Assembly (NCBI GenBank): GCA_963676515.1
Contig: OY781061.1
Span: 386,890-450,889 of the forward strand
DNA: 64,000 nucleotides
From: Candidatus Cloacimonadota bacterium
GTDB lineage: Bacteria > Cloacimonadota > Cloacimonadia > G963667145
Reading direction: 5' to 3'
This document shows positions 1 through 12,966 of this stretch, piece after piece. Position 1 is the stretch's first letter, and the number at the start of each line of letters is the position of its first letter. The notes beneath the pieces are model-generated. The model made no database searches. It saw only the letters and a list, made by a program, of their open reading frames with translations, and had not been told where the DNA came from. Position numbers and translations under genes: made by a program.

Positions 1-340
1 AGTGGCACAGAAAATTTCAAATCCGAAGTCAAAACAGAAATACAAGATTTTGAAGGTGAGAAAACACCTTCGTTGGACAATGAACACGCCAATTGGCAAC
101 TGCGACAATCAACACATTTCTCTGGTTGCAGAAGCAACACTTTTCGTTTAGCCATAAATTCCTCCCATTTTTAAAAATGTTTCCTTTCCAAATAACGGGA
201 GGTATAATCGTTTCCAACTATGCCCTAAGCGGTTTAGCAATCGAAGATCGAATCTTGAGAACGATCTCTACGACCGAGAAACTTCAGAAACTTATGTTTT
301 ATCTAGCAATGAAAGAAAAGAATAAAAGGTTTGTCAACAG

Positions 341-1171
341 TTAAAATATTTTTTTAGCTTTAAAATCAAAAAACATCTGACGATCTCTTCGCACTATAAC
401 TATAGCTACCAACAAAAGCAACACCGTTTGGATAATCTTACTATCGGGGTGAGTAGCAAAAATTTCGTTGGAAACATTTGCCATAAGATGAAAAATAATC
501 GTGATTAATATATTTCTTTTGGTCTTGTAATAAAGCCAGTTCATCAAAATAACGAAAACAAAAAGGCTCACGACAAAGTTCACAAAATATATCCAACCAT
601 CTGCCACCACATTACTATGATAATAATCTTTTATAAAAGAAAGTGGGAAATGCCAAAAGACCCAATAAACTGCAAAAATAATAGAAGTATTAAATAGACT
701 AAACTTCCGTCGCAAAGCGTCCATACCGTAAGAGTGCCAAGCTAGCTCTTCTGCAAGAGGAGCAAAGAGGAGGATGAACCAAGGCGACCAAAGAAAAGAG
801 GTAAAAGATGGTTTGCCAGAAATATGAAACTGGTGCAATTCGTAGCCCAAAAGTAAAGAAATAAGTTGTGCTAAGATTATAGATAGTGGCAACAAAAAAA
901 ATGATATTCCTAAATACCACTTATTAATGCGTTTGACAGCAAAAATCCTTTTCACTAAATCTTTTTTTAAATAACTGTCTTTCCAAAAAAAATAGCCTGC
1001 CACACAGCAAGGTGACACAAGCCCCATAATAGCCAAGATCTGCTGAACTTTCAATAGTTCACACGACTGTGTCGGCAAGTAACTAAGGTAAGCCACCACA
1101 AACCACATCGACCAAGGTAAAATCAGCGACAATCCATAAAATAAAAGCGTCTTATTATACTTTTCTAACAT
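341..1171 (-). CDS. Polytopic membrane protein, CPBP (CAAX protease/Abi) family intramembrane metalloprotease-like
   Basis: 276 aa with multiple hydrophobic helices; EE motif (APLAEELAWH), a W/FxxxH-like segment (WVFWHFP) and HxxxN (FHLMANV) resembling CPBP motifs 1-3; transcribed divergently from a TetR gene. Confidence 0.5.
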   Translation of the reverse strand: MLEKYNKTLLFYGLSLILPWSMWFVVAYLSYLPTQSCELLKVQQILAIMGLVSPCCVAGYFFWKDSYLKKDLVKRIFAVKRINKWYLGISFFLLPLSIILAQLISLLLGYELHQFHISGKPSFTSFLWSPWFILLFAPLAEELAWHSYGMDALRRKFSLFNTSIIFAVYWVFWHFPLSFIKDYYHSNVVADGWIYFVNFVVSLFVFVILMNWLYYKTKRNILITIIFHLMANVSNEIFATHPDSKIIQTVLLLLVAIVIVRRDRQMFFDFKAKKIF

Positions 1172-1244
1172 TTTTCCTCCATTTTCTATTAGTTTTCTCT
1201 TGAATTCTAAAAGCTTAATTTCTTTAGTTTTTCAATTAAGACGC

Positions 1245-1280
1245 AAAAAAAGATTGACTGACCGTCGGTCAATCTTTTTT
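1245..1280. promoter_or_regulatory. Near-palindromic operator-like element in the divergent promoter region (AAAGATTGAC-tgaccgtcg-GTCAATCTTT) flanked by an A-run and a T-run
   Basis: 10-bp perfect inverted arms with an internal tgaccg-t-cggtca palindrome, ending about 10 nt upstream of the TetR start codon. Confidence 0.4.
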
Positions 1281-1287
1281 TTGTTTT

Positions 1288-2007
1288 ATGATTACTAGAA
1301 AAATAAAAAAAGCGGAAACCGTCGCTACAATTTTAAAGATTTCGGGAAAACTATTTCACGAACAAGGATACGAAAATACCTCTATCGCCCAAATCGCTAA
1401 TGAGTGCAACCTGTCCAAAGGAGCTTTGTATCACCATTTCACTTCCAAAGAAGAAGTGCTAGAAAATATTTGCAGCAACTATTACAAGACCCTGAAAGAC
1501 AAATTTTTACCCATTGCCGACAAGAAAAACCTCACAATGTACGAAAAATTTTCTCAAATAGTTAGTATCGCTCGTCTTGAGCAAATGAATACATCAGCTA
1601 CCACTTTTGCCAAACCTAAAAAATCAGGATCTATCTCCACGAAAAATACTGCTCTCAATCACCTTTTGAGCAAATACAGCCAAAAAATTTACGCTGAGAT
1701 TTTCAGTATCCTGCTGGCTGAAGGCAAAAAAAATAACGAATGCACTTTCCCTTGCTCTGCACAGACAGTGGCGAATCTTATTTTCAATCTAGACATCGGA
1801 ACTAATGAACGCTTAAAACAAATCATATTTCAAGACAAAACTCCCGAGCTAGAAAAAGTGTTAGATGACACAGTAGACGGTTTTGTGTATGCTTTAGCTA
1901 AAATTTTAGAGATGAAGCCAGAGAAAATTGCCACAATGATTTTAGCAGATGATATGAAAAAAATATACAAAAAATTACTAAAAGAGGTAGAAAATAATGA
2001 AAATTAA
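1288..2007 (+). CDS. TetR/AcrR family transcriptional regulator
   Basis: N-terminal HTH signature (TSIAQIANECNLSKGALYHHFTSKEEVL); 239 aa; overlaps the next gene by 11 nt. Confidence 0.8.
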   Translation: MITRKIKKAETVATILKISGKLFHEQGYENTSIAQIANECNLSKGALYHHFTSKEEVLENICSNYYKTLKDKFLPIADKKNLTMYEKFSQIVSIARLEQMNTSATTFAKPKKSGSISTKNTALNHLLSKYSQKIYAEIFSILLAEGKKNNECTFPCSAQTVANLIFNLDIGTNERLKQIIFQDKTPELEKVLDDTVDGFVYALAKILEMKPEKIATMILADDMKKIYKKLLKEVENNEN

Positions 2008-2944
2008 AAAAACTTTTGCGATACTTTTTTTTGGAATGGCTATTTGCCTTAATGCCACAGAGAGAGTTACGAGTTACATACCTTTGGCACAATATGAGCA
2101 TTTTCACACTAGTGAGCAAAGCATAAAGAGTAAAAGCATAGGTCTAGTGATCGAAAGGAAAAACTTCTTTTTTGTGGGAATTACCACATTCCATAAATTC
2201 CATGATACTCTCTTGTTTGATTTCCCCCGCTCTTACCAAACTATCGATATTCTCAGCGAATTGCAAAGAGACAATTCTCAGATTTTGCTAATCTTAAAAT
2301 CTAGCACCGATTGTCCAGAAAGCTTGGAGTTGCAGACATTTCAGAGTGCCATAGTGTATGGATACAAATTCTTGGATGAAAAGCAATTCTCACTCATATT
2401 TGGTGGTGGCATCGCCGTCAGCGACTTTGGCATAGAGTATTCTAACGGGAAAACTTGGCCTATCATACCTGTACCTCTACTCAAGATTAAAACTCACAAT
2501 CAATATCTTAAAACAAAATTTGAATTTATCTCATCACCCAATCTTGACATCACTCTTTTCCCAACAAATCACATACGAGCAACTTTTGAAGGTCGATTTG
2601 ACAAGCTACGAGACGAACGAGATTTGCTCTTCGAGAGCAAACTACACTATCGCTTTTTCTCCGCTTCCGACAAACTGGGCGACATCGCAGGAGTAGCTAT
2701 TGGCTTCAAAAATAGCAATTACGGAGCTTTTAACCTCGCTGAGCGAGAAGATGAAAATTGCCAAGAGAATGAAACTTTAGAAATCCAGTATCACTCTGTG
2801 TTCGCAGAGCTAGATTTGTCCCTCTTGAAAGTTTCCGCAGGTTATAACTTCGACAGCAGAGAATTATATGAGACAGAAAAATTAACCAGCAAGAACTTAG
2901 ATGATGGATGGTTCTTGAGTGTGCAAGGAGCGTGGAAGTTTTAG
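1997..2944 (+). CDS. Secreted protein, probable outer-membrane beta-barrel (C-terminal ...GAWKF), function unknown
   Basis: Signal peptide MKIKKTFAILFFGMAICLNA; SD AAGAGG upstream; C-terminal aromatic residue typical of OMPs; co-operonic with TetR. Confidence 0.45.
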   Translation: MKIKKTFAILFFGMAICLNATERVTSYIPLAQYEHFHTSEQSIKSKSIGLVIERKNFFFVGITTFHKFHDTLLFDFPRSYQTIDILSELQRDNSQILLILKSSTDCPESLELQTFQSAIVYGYKFLDEKQFSLIFGGGIAVSDFGIEYSNGKTWPIIPVPLLKIKTHNQYLKTKFEFISSPNLDITLFPTNHIRATFEGRFDKLRDERDLLFESKLHYRFFSASDKLGDIAGVAIGFKNSNYGAFNLAEREDENCQENETLEIQYHSVFAELDLSLLKVSAGYNFDSRELYETEKLTSKNLDDGWFLSVQGAWKF

Positions 2945-3041
2945 TGTGATATAATGCACAGTTCGTGCCCAACTTTTGGGATGCATCATTTTTGTTCTCA
3001 AATCAGTAAAAATAGACGCAAGTTCTCATTTAGAATTATAC

Positions 3042-3085
3042 AAAAAAAACCAGCAGAACTTTAAAAATTACTGCTGGTTTCCCAA
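3042..3085. terminator. Bidirectional rho-independent terminator between convergent genes
   Basis: AAAAAAAA-aaccagcag-[14 nt]-ctgctggtt hairpin with an A-run on one side and a T-run on the complementary strand. Confidence 0.6.
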
Positions 3086-3095
3086 ATTTATTTGT

Positions 3096-3575
3096 TTACT
3101 CTTCTGGCGATACTTCTTGCGACACTTTTTGCGGTGCAGGTATCATCAAAGCGTCAAGAATAGTTCTAATAGCTCTTCTACCTTCCACACCAAAGCCTAT
3201 ATCTACACCAAATTTATCGGTGATAACTAGCATTCTTTCCATTTTTCCTTTCTTGAGAGCATCTTCAGAAATTGAATTGATATAAGATATTGGTATCTTG
3301 TAAATCAAGCGATACCGGTAATTATCTCTATCCCAAGATACCACATAAACGCCTTTTTCGGTGACAAAAAATACCCCGTAAGTCAAAAGTTTACCGTTTT
3401 CGTACATCGTCGTCCACTCTTTGTAAAGAACATCTTGCGAACCATCATTAGCAATCTCTTTAGCCATCGCCGAGAAAGCAGGTGTTTCATAAGGACCAGA
3501 TTTTTGTTGCATCGGTCCTGAGGCACATCCAGCCAGCACTACCCCCAGCAAAAAAACTAATAATTTATTTTTCAT
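3096..3575 (-). CDS. Lipoprotein of unknown function
   Basis: Lipobox LAGC after a signal peptide beginning MKNKLLVFLLGVV; start taken at the internal Met of the track ORF. Confidence 0.5.
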   Translation of the reverse strand: MKNKLLVFLLGVVLAGCASGPMQQKSGPYETPAFSAMAKEIANDGSQDVLYKEWTTMYENGKLLTYGVFFVTEKGVYVVSWDRDNYRYRLIYKIPISYINSISEDALKKGKMERMLVITDKFGVDIGFGVEGRRAIRTILDALMIPAPQKVSQEVSPEE

Positions 3576-3682
3576 ATCGTCTCCTAATTTCATTTTTGTC
3601 CATTGCTCTCATAGACAATAGATTTGTCAACATAATTGTCATCTTGCTTTGGTACAAATGAAAATATATCATAGCAATAAAT

Positions 3683-3744
3683 AAAAACCGCCTCATTTTT
3701 AAGATAAAAGCGATTATAAAATTTTGCTCTGTGGCTGATTTTCC
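3683..3744 (-). repeat. Conserved ~60-nt 3'-UTR hairpin/terminator element, copy 1 (AAAAACCGCCTCAT...AAAGCGATTATAA...TGTGGCTGATTTT)
   Basis: Shares about 45 of 60 positions with a second copy at 5504-5566; both lie immediately 3' of minus-strand genes; stem aaccgc/gcggtt-type followed by a U-run on the minus strand. Confidence 0.5.
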
Positions 3745-3764
3745 CCTTGCGTAAGTCAAGCTAA

Positions 3765-4520
3765 CTAAAAAAATCTCATATCTTCGCGTTTTTTCAATCT
3801 CTCGACGATGGTTTCATCGGATGCCGACCTCTGGGGGTTGTATGCACCGAAATGCACCATCTCATCCAGCTTTCGTAAGTACTTCTTCCTTGGTTTGTAA
3901 GCTGGGTGTCCGATAGCAAGCGTGTCGTAGATTTTCAAGTGGTCGGGCAGTTTTAGCAGTTTTTTGATTCGCTCTGCTTTGATCGGGGATGATGTCAAGG
4001 TCAAGTACTGTGTCCCCAGCCCAAGACTCGTAGCAGCCAAAAGCATTAACTGGAAAGCTGCTGACATGCTCGAAGCGTATATGCTGGCAACATCGGCGAT
4101 GTTCAGCGGTTTCTTCAGCTTTATCTTCCCGTGGGCGACTTTGTACCTCTGTCCCGGCAGATTGATGCACTTGCGAGTGTCGCCACACACCACGATCAGC
4201 ACTGGGGCATTTTTCGCACTCTTGAGTCCACTATTGATGATGGCAGGAAACTTAACAAATCTCTTCAGCAACTTTGTTCTCATTATCATCTTCGCCATCG
4301 TTGGGATATTTATCTCTTCAGGCTTGATAAATGAAATCTCTTCGATCATCTTCTTGTCTGTTACTACCACAAATTCCCACGGCTGGAAATTCATTCCCGA
4401 TGGAGCGTATCTGGCAGCATCTACAATCTGCAATATCTCGCTTTTTTTTACCGCCTCATCTGTAAAAGAAACAACTTTCCTTCTCTTTTTCACAAGTTCC
4501 ATAAAATCTTTGTAGTTCAT
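3765..4520 (-). CDS. Nitroreductase family protein
   Basis: N-terminus MNYKDFMELVKKRRKVVSF and SGMNFQPWEFVVV motif typical of the NADH-oxidase/nitroreductase fold; the track ORF extends 15 codons further upstream. Confidence 0.7.
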   Translation of the reverse strand: MNYKDFMELVKKRRKVVSFTDEAVKKSEILQIVDAARYAPSGMNFQPWEFVVVTDKKMIEEISFIKPEEINIPTMAKMIMRTKLLKRFVKFPAIINSGLKSAKNAPVLIVVCGDTRKCINLPGQRYKVAHGKIKLKKPLNIADVASIYASSMSAAFQLMLLAATSLGLGTQYLTLTSSPIKAERIKKLLKLPDHLKIYDTLAIGHPAYKPRKKYLRKLDEMVHFGAYNPQRSASDETIVERLKKREDMRFF

Positions 4521-4688
4521 TTTTATCTCCGTAAAATCTTCAATCTTGCCATCGGCAGGCGTCATCGTGTATAAAAAACAAGCGTGGCAGACAAAAAATT
4601 CCCCGCAAATAAATCCTCGCGTCTCTTCGCAAAACCCACCAGTTTAAACACAAAAGGAAATGAAGCCAACGCCTTTCCCCTTATTACG

Positions 4689-5441
4689 CTATTTTGTCAG
4701 ATATGCTGGCTGGTTCAAGATTTCTTTGCCGTTATGGTAGACTACTAAAAAAGCTGGAGTGGAAGTTTTGCCGATTACATTTATGTCACAGATGTAGGTG
4801 TACTCGCCTCTTACAAATGTGTAGCTGTGATTCCCTCCCGTGCCTTCATGTTTTACCTCGCCCTTTTCGATTATCAAGTCCGGTTTTTGGCTCATATCGG
4901 AATTTATAGACCAAGAGGCGTAGCGATAATCCCCACCTTTGACTTTGTCTATCCTAACACGAAATTTCTTTGTCTCCATAATCAAAACAGGCTCCCAAAA
5001 AAATTTTAAACTTGGGTGAAGAGTCTCTTTTGCTTTTTTTATCAGCTCTTTTATTTTTTCCTCTTCAAATTTAGAGTCATAATTTACAGCTACCAATCCG
5101 CCTAAAACATCAATCCAAACAATGCCCCAACTATACATTATTCCTCGCCAACCCATTTCAGACCAATCATCTTTGGGATTAGATGAGATAATAAGATTTT
5201 TCAAAGTGTCATCAAAAACTTCACTATACCTACGCTCAAAATCTTCTTGGGTTTTTATGTCTGGGATAGGAGCTGTCCGTCTTATTGGATAATTCACCAT
5301 CGTTTTCAATTTGTCGATATCGTCATTTTTTATAAGTTCAATAAAAAATTCAACCGCCTTCACGCCAGCACTATCTGGCACATCGGCAAAACCAACATTA
5401 AACGCCAAAAGCAACACAAATGCTATCAACACTCTTTTCAT
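4689..5441 (-). CDS. Secreted protein of unknown function
   Basis: Signal peptide MKRVLIAFVLLLAFNVGFA; 250 aa; no recognisable motif. Confidence 0.45.
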   Translation of the reverse strand: MKRVLIAFVLLLAFNVGFADVPDSAGVKAVEFFIELIKNDDIDKLKTMVNYPIRRTAPIPDIKTQEDFERRYSEVFDDTLKNLIISSNPKDDWSEMGWRGIMYSWGIVWIDVLGGLVAVNYDSKFEEEKIKELIKKAKETLHPSLKFFWEPVLIMETKKFRVRIDKVKGGDYRYASWSINSDMSQKPDLIIEKGEVKHEGTGGNHSYTFVRGEYTYICDINVIGKTSTPAFLVVYHNGKEILNQPAYLTK

Positions 5442-5503
5442 TTTCCTCTCCTTATTTCTTCACATTCTCCACAGACTTACCTAGCCCAACTTCCTGTCAA
5501 ACA

Positions 5504-5566
5504 AAAAAAACCGCCTCATCCTCAAAAGGTGAAAGCGGTTATAATTTCTTAAACTGTGGCTATTTT
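5504..5566 (-). repeat. Conserved 3'-UTR hairpin/terminator element, copy 2
   Basis: AAAAAACCGCCTCATCCTCAAAAGGTGAAAGCGGTTATAATTTCTTAAACTGTGGCTATTTT; minus strand reads hairpin + T8 directly after the DEAD-box helicase stop. Confidence 0.5.
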
Positions 5567-5591
5567 ATGCTTTTACAAAAAAAGAGCCAAT

Positions 5592-6860
5592 TTATCGGCT
5601 ATTTCTACGAAAGCTGGGGTTTTGCGAACCTCTTTTTTTGTTTCGGTTAGCAAAAAACTCCTGCTTTCTTCTTTGCTTTTCTTTTTCCCACTCTTTTTTC
5701 TCTGCAGTATTCATCGCCTTATCTGTCTGCGGGAAAGGATTATCGCTAACTATCTTTATCTTCTGCTTAGTGAGTTTCTCGATATCTTTTATGTAAACAT
5801 TCTCTTCTGGCTCACTAATAGAGATAGCGATGCCCTCTTCTCCAGCTCTGCCACAGCGACCGATGCGATGCACATAAGTCTCTGACTCATTGGGAATATC
5901 GTAGTTGATCACATAGCGGAGCTTATCTATGTCTATTCCTCTGGCGGCAATATCTGTTGCCACTAGCACCCTGAGGTCACCATTCTTGAAATCTTTCAAA
6001 GCTTTTTGCCTTTGATTTTGGGACTTGTCGCCATGGATGGCGTTACAGGCAATTTTTTCTTTGCGGAGGTTACGCACGATGCGGTCTGCCCCGTGTTTAG
6101 TTCTGGAAAAAAGCAAAACCTGCTCTATCTCTTTATTTTCCAAGATATGACAAAGCAAAGATTTTTTTGTGTCGCGATTGGTGGTATACAAATATTGTTG
6201 TATCGTCTGTGCGGTAGAAGATACGGGATCAACCGCTACCTTTTGAGGATCAATCAATAGTTGGTGAGACAATTTCACAATCGTCGGTGGCATCGTTGCC
6301 GAAAAAAACAAAGTCTGTCTTTTTTTGGGTAACTTGGCTATTATCTTCTTAATGTCGTGAATGAAACCCATATCTAGCATACGATCGGCTTCATCTAGAA
6401 CAAAATATTTTACATCTGTCAAAGAAACATACCCTTGCTCCATCAAATCCAAAAGCCTGCCCGGAGTAGCGACCAACACTTCAATGCCTTGCTTGAGAGC
6501 TCTAGTTTGTGCTCCTTGCGGCACTCCGCCAAAAATCACGGTGTTCTTGATGTTCGTATGTCTGCCATAAGTGGAAAAGCTCTCGCCAATCTGGATAGCC
6601 AACTCGCGAGTCGGCGTTATCACCAGCGAAGAAATCTTCCGCCTGCCTTTGGTAATTTGCTGGCTCTCCACCAGATGCTGAATAATTGGGATGGCAAAAG
6701 CCGCCGTCTTGCCTGTACCTGTCTGGGCACTACCCAGCACATCTTTTCTGTCTAAAATCAGCGGAATCGATTTAGCCTGTATATCTGTCGGCTCTGCGTA
6801 ATTTTCCTCTTGCAACGCTTTGAGGATCTGTGGTATCAATTTGAGGTCTTCAAATTTCAT
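5592..6860 (-). CDS. DEAD-box ATP-dependent RNA helicase (RhlE/CsdA-like) with a basic R/S-rich C-terminal tail
   Basis: Q-motif, AQTGTGKT (motif I), DEAD, SAT, HRIGRCGRAG motifs all present; SD GGAGA upstream. Confidence 0.9.
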   Translation of the reverse strand: MKFEDLKLIPQILKALQEENYAEPTDIQAKSIPLILDRKDVLGSAQTGTGKTAAFAIPIIQHLVESQQITKGRRKISSLVITPTRELAIQIGESFSTYGRHTNIKNTVIFGGVPQGAQTRALKQGIEVLVATPGRLLDLMEQGYVSLTDVKYFVLDEADRMLDMGFIHDIKKIIAKLPKKRQTLFFSATMPPTIVKLSHQLLIDPQKVAVDPVSSTAQTIQQYLYTTNRDTKKSLLCHILENKEIEQVLLFSRTKHGADRIVRNLRKEKIACNAIHGDKSQNQRQKALKDFKNGDLRVLVATDIAARGIDIDKLRYVINYDIPNESETYVHRIGRCGRAGEEGIAISISEPEENVYIKDIEKLTKQKIKIVSDNPFPQTDKAMNTAEKKEWEKEKQRRKQEFFANRNKKRGSQNPSFRRNSR

Positions 6861-7162
6861 TTTTTCTCCATGTATTTACAACAGCTAAGCAGAGAAAAAA
6901 TTGGCAAACCAAAATTATTTCCTATCAAACCGTTGCTCTGTTTATTTGATAACACTTTAGAAACAAGGAGCTTCCCCTTATCTCTTTGTGTTATCTGTTA
7001 TACTATTTTTAATTATTTACAAATTTAATTGTTTGTTGTTTTCTAAAAAACAATTTTAAACTACTCGTTACTCTATTCTTTTAGTTTTTTTAAAAGTTTT
7101 AAATAATTTCTAGTTTAGCAAAAAAAACCACCACAAAATATGACAAAATACCAAAACAAAAA

Positions 7163-8308
7163 CTAATAAAGAAATTTATATGGATACTCTTTGTTGCGTT
7201 TTTGGAACGAAATAATTTTTTGATTTTGAATTATGCCATTATTTATTTCTATTGCTCTTGATATAGTTTTGTCTTTCCCCCATGCTTTTTTCCCCTTCAT
7301 AACAATCGGAATAAAAGGCAATAAAGCTTCCGAAATATCCCATGAAGCAGAATCCCAATAATAACTTGGGCTGTGGTCGACTGAGTAATAAAATTTACCA
7401 TCAACCTTATTCATCGGATGTTCAAATGTTGTGGGTTTTGCACACCAAAATCCCATTCCCTCGTCACAGCTTATATCGATAATAAGAGTGCCTTTCATCA
7501 ACTTATCAGCGTCCTGTTCAGGCACAAACATTAATGGATGCTCAATATCTTGAAGAGTACCATTAACAATTATTTGCACATCTGATAATACTTCTGAAAA
7601 TGGGCGAGTGCTACCGTCAGATTCAACTGATAACAAGTTACCTGAATCGCCAGTAATCATTTGTTTAAATATTACGGTGGGCAATTGAACACCTACATCT
7701 GTTGGCTTTCGACAGGTGTATATTACAATGTCCGTTGCCCCCTGACTCTGCAAGGCATAAACAGCTCCCCGACTCACAGAACCAAAGCTAAATATCACCG
7801 CTTTTCGTGCTTTTCCATAATTTCCTATAACACCTATAAGGTTTAAAGCATGGCTTACACCAGCATAGCCTGCAATTTCATTATTCTTGTAAAAAATATG
7901 CATATTCTTATCACCAGCTTCACTCCATTTATACATTTCTTCCCAAGCTATAATCGTCAATTTTCTTTCGATGGATACTTGCGTAATTTTTCGTTGTTGC
8001 ACACAATGTGGCCAACCCCAAACAATTGCCCCTTCATGTACTTCAGTCAAATCTTCTGGGAGAGGTTTAGGCATAATCACACAATCAAAATCTTTCATTA
8101 TCTCTTCTCGGGAGGCACTTATTCCTGATGTAAGTTTGGCGATTGTGCTATCTTTTATTCCAAATCTTAACCCATATCCTGCTTCAAATGTAATATTTTT
8201 CCTAAACCTCAGAGGAATCCGTTTTATATGTTCAGGATGAATTGCTACTCGTTTTTCGTTCTCTTTTAATGATTTTCCAATGACACCAACTGTTAATAAT
8301 TTTGTCAT
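7163..8308 (-). CDS. Alanine dehydrogenase/PNT-domain family oxidoreductase (possibly N5-(1-carboxyethyl)-L-ornithine synthase/saccharopine-DH-like)
   Basis: N-terminus MTKLLTVGVIGKSLKENEKRVAIHPEH resembles AlaDH/PntA N-terminal domain; central NAD-binding Gly-rich segment GVIGNYGKARKA; track ORF begins at an upstream TTG, ATG chosen here. Confidence 0.5.
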   Translation of the reverse strand: MTKLLTVGVIGKSLKENEKRVAIHPEHIKRIPLRFRKNITFEAGYGLRFGIKDSTIAKLTSGISASREEIMKDFDCVIMPKPLPEDLTEVHEGAIVWGWPHCVQQRKITQVSIERKLTIIAWEEMYKWSEAGDKNMHIFYKNNEIAGYAGVSHALNLIGVIGNYGKARKAVIFSFGSVSRGAVYALQSQGATDIVIYTCRKPTDVGVQLPTVIFKQMITGDSGNLLSVESDGSTRPFSEVLSDVQIIVNGTLQDIEHPLMFVPEQDADKLMKGTLIIDISCDEGMGFWCAKPTTFEHPMNKVDGKFYYSVDHSPSYYWDSASWDISEALLPFIPIVMKGKKAWGKDKTISRAIEINNGIIQNQKIISFQKRNKEYPYKFLY

Positions 8309-8967
8309 ATTGTATAGCTGTGGCAATAAAAAACGCAGGGCAATTCAAAACAGCTCTCTATCAAGTTACCGTGCCATTTATTAAATGTTATGTTGTTCAA
8401 ATTCATCACTTTCCACCCTATATTTTTTATTGCGTGTTGCCACTTTTACCTAGTTTTTCAAAAAATCAATCATAAAACTTAACGGAACCGATGAAGCGAA
8501 ATTTTGAAAATTACTTATCGAAATTAACAACTATTTTCAAAATTTGGGAGAAGAGACTTTATTACTGCTTATTAGAATAGTAAAGTAAAAATCTTTGAAT
8601 CAAATATCTCATTGCTAAACAATCCGTTAGAGAAAAACGGATGCGGAGAGTTAAATTTTATTTCGTCGAACAACTATCTCTAGACGCATTTGGTATCTGT
8701 TCCCAAAATGGGGTAACAGCCAAACAGATTTCCATAAATTTTCTTTTCTAGCGTTTATCTTCCTGTCTATTTACATGTAATAGCTATTGCTCTTTCTTGT
8801 CAACACTAAAAGCTGCTTACAAAATTGCAGAGGGCTTGACTAAAAATTTATAGCTATTAATTCAAAAAAAAACGGAAAAGATTTAGGACATATTTATATT
8901 AGAAATAGCCATCCAAATAAATTCTAGATGGCTATAAAATTATTCACTATTTTCTGATTAGTATTTA

Positions 8968-9246
8968 CTAATAAATTGTCTTATACTCGTGATCACCATC
9001 TTCTAAGGTTATTATTGATCCTTGCAAAAGAACATCTTTGCTATCAGTTCCAGACCACTCCAGATCAAAATCGTGACTTCCACTAGGATAAAGAGTAGCA
9101 TCCTCTCCATCAATAGATAACTCATATGCATTAATACTACTACCATTTTCTACAGTTAAAGTCGCTTCACTAGTACAAGCTACAAGAGCAAACATCATAC
9201 AAACAAACAATACACTGTTTTTCAAAAAACTTTTACCTTTTTTCAT
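8968..9246 (-). CDS. Small lipoprotein of unknown function
   Basis: MKKGKSFLKNSVLFVCMMFALVACTSE signal/lipobox; SD GGAG 6 nt upstream of this Met. Confidence 0.4.
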   Translation of the reverse strand: MKKGKSFLKNSVLFVCMMFALVACTSEATLTVENGSSINAYELSIDGEDATLYPSGSHDFDLEWSGTDSKDVLLQGSIITLEDGDHEYKTIY

Positions 9247-9692
9247 TTCTACTCCATTAAATTTAATCATATTATAATAGCATCGCTTAAAATCACGAAA
9301 AAGTTGTCAATGCTTAACTCTCAACTGAAATCTTAGCCGTATCCAAATCTGTATCCCTAATCTCCATTTTATTTTTTTTATGTTCAAAAACAGTTTTAAA
9401 CCACTAGCTTAGTTTTAAATAAATGGGGTGTGGACGGGGCAGGTTTATGTTCAAAAAGCTCTCTATTTTGCTTTAATCGAACCCGAAAGCGTGTTGTATA
9501 AACTTTAAGTGGTGAGTTCTTTTTTTAAACAAAAAGGGGGCAGAATGGATTTATGTTCAAAAAGTGCCCAAATTCACAGTTATTTGTCCTGAAGCTGTAT
9601 AGTGTATACTGCGAAAAGGGCAAATAACAAAAAATTTGGGCATCTCTAATCTATTACTTTAAAAACTTTTTGGACATAAAAAAAGCTCTTGG

Positions 9693-9811
9693 TTATGGCG
9701 GCGACCTACTCTCCCACACAGTTGCCCGTGCAGTACCATCGGCGCAGACAAGCTTAACTGCTGTGTTCGGAATGGGAACAGGTGTTGCCTTGTCGCTATA
9801 GCCACCATAAC
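9693..9811 (-). rRNA. rrf: 5S ribosomal RNA
   Basis: Complement reads ...TTATGGTGGCTATAGCG...CCGAACACAGCAGTTAAGC...GCCGATGGTA...GGGAGAGTAGGTCGCCGCCATAACC with paired 5'/3' ends (helix I). Confidence 0.85.
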
Positions 9812-10009
9812 AAAGAACTTTAAATTTCGTAAAACTGCCAAAGTTTTAGGTTTCATATTTAGTGCTTCTTTTCTTCCAAATTTCGCTCATTCACTGTGTC
9901 CTATGACACAGCTTCGAGCTCATTTGTCGAAAATAAACACTTTTACAAAATTTAACTTCAGCTAAATTATTGTTATAGTAAAAGTTGGTGAGATATTAAA
10001 AAAAATAAA

Positions 10010-12966
<2,957 letters not shown>

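Noticed and set aside
1-344. Partial frame-1 ORF (1-174) and 83-aa ORF (93-344) at the window start
   Set aside because: Mutually exclusive, no recognisable motifs, no start context visible; cannot be supported from the sequence alone.
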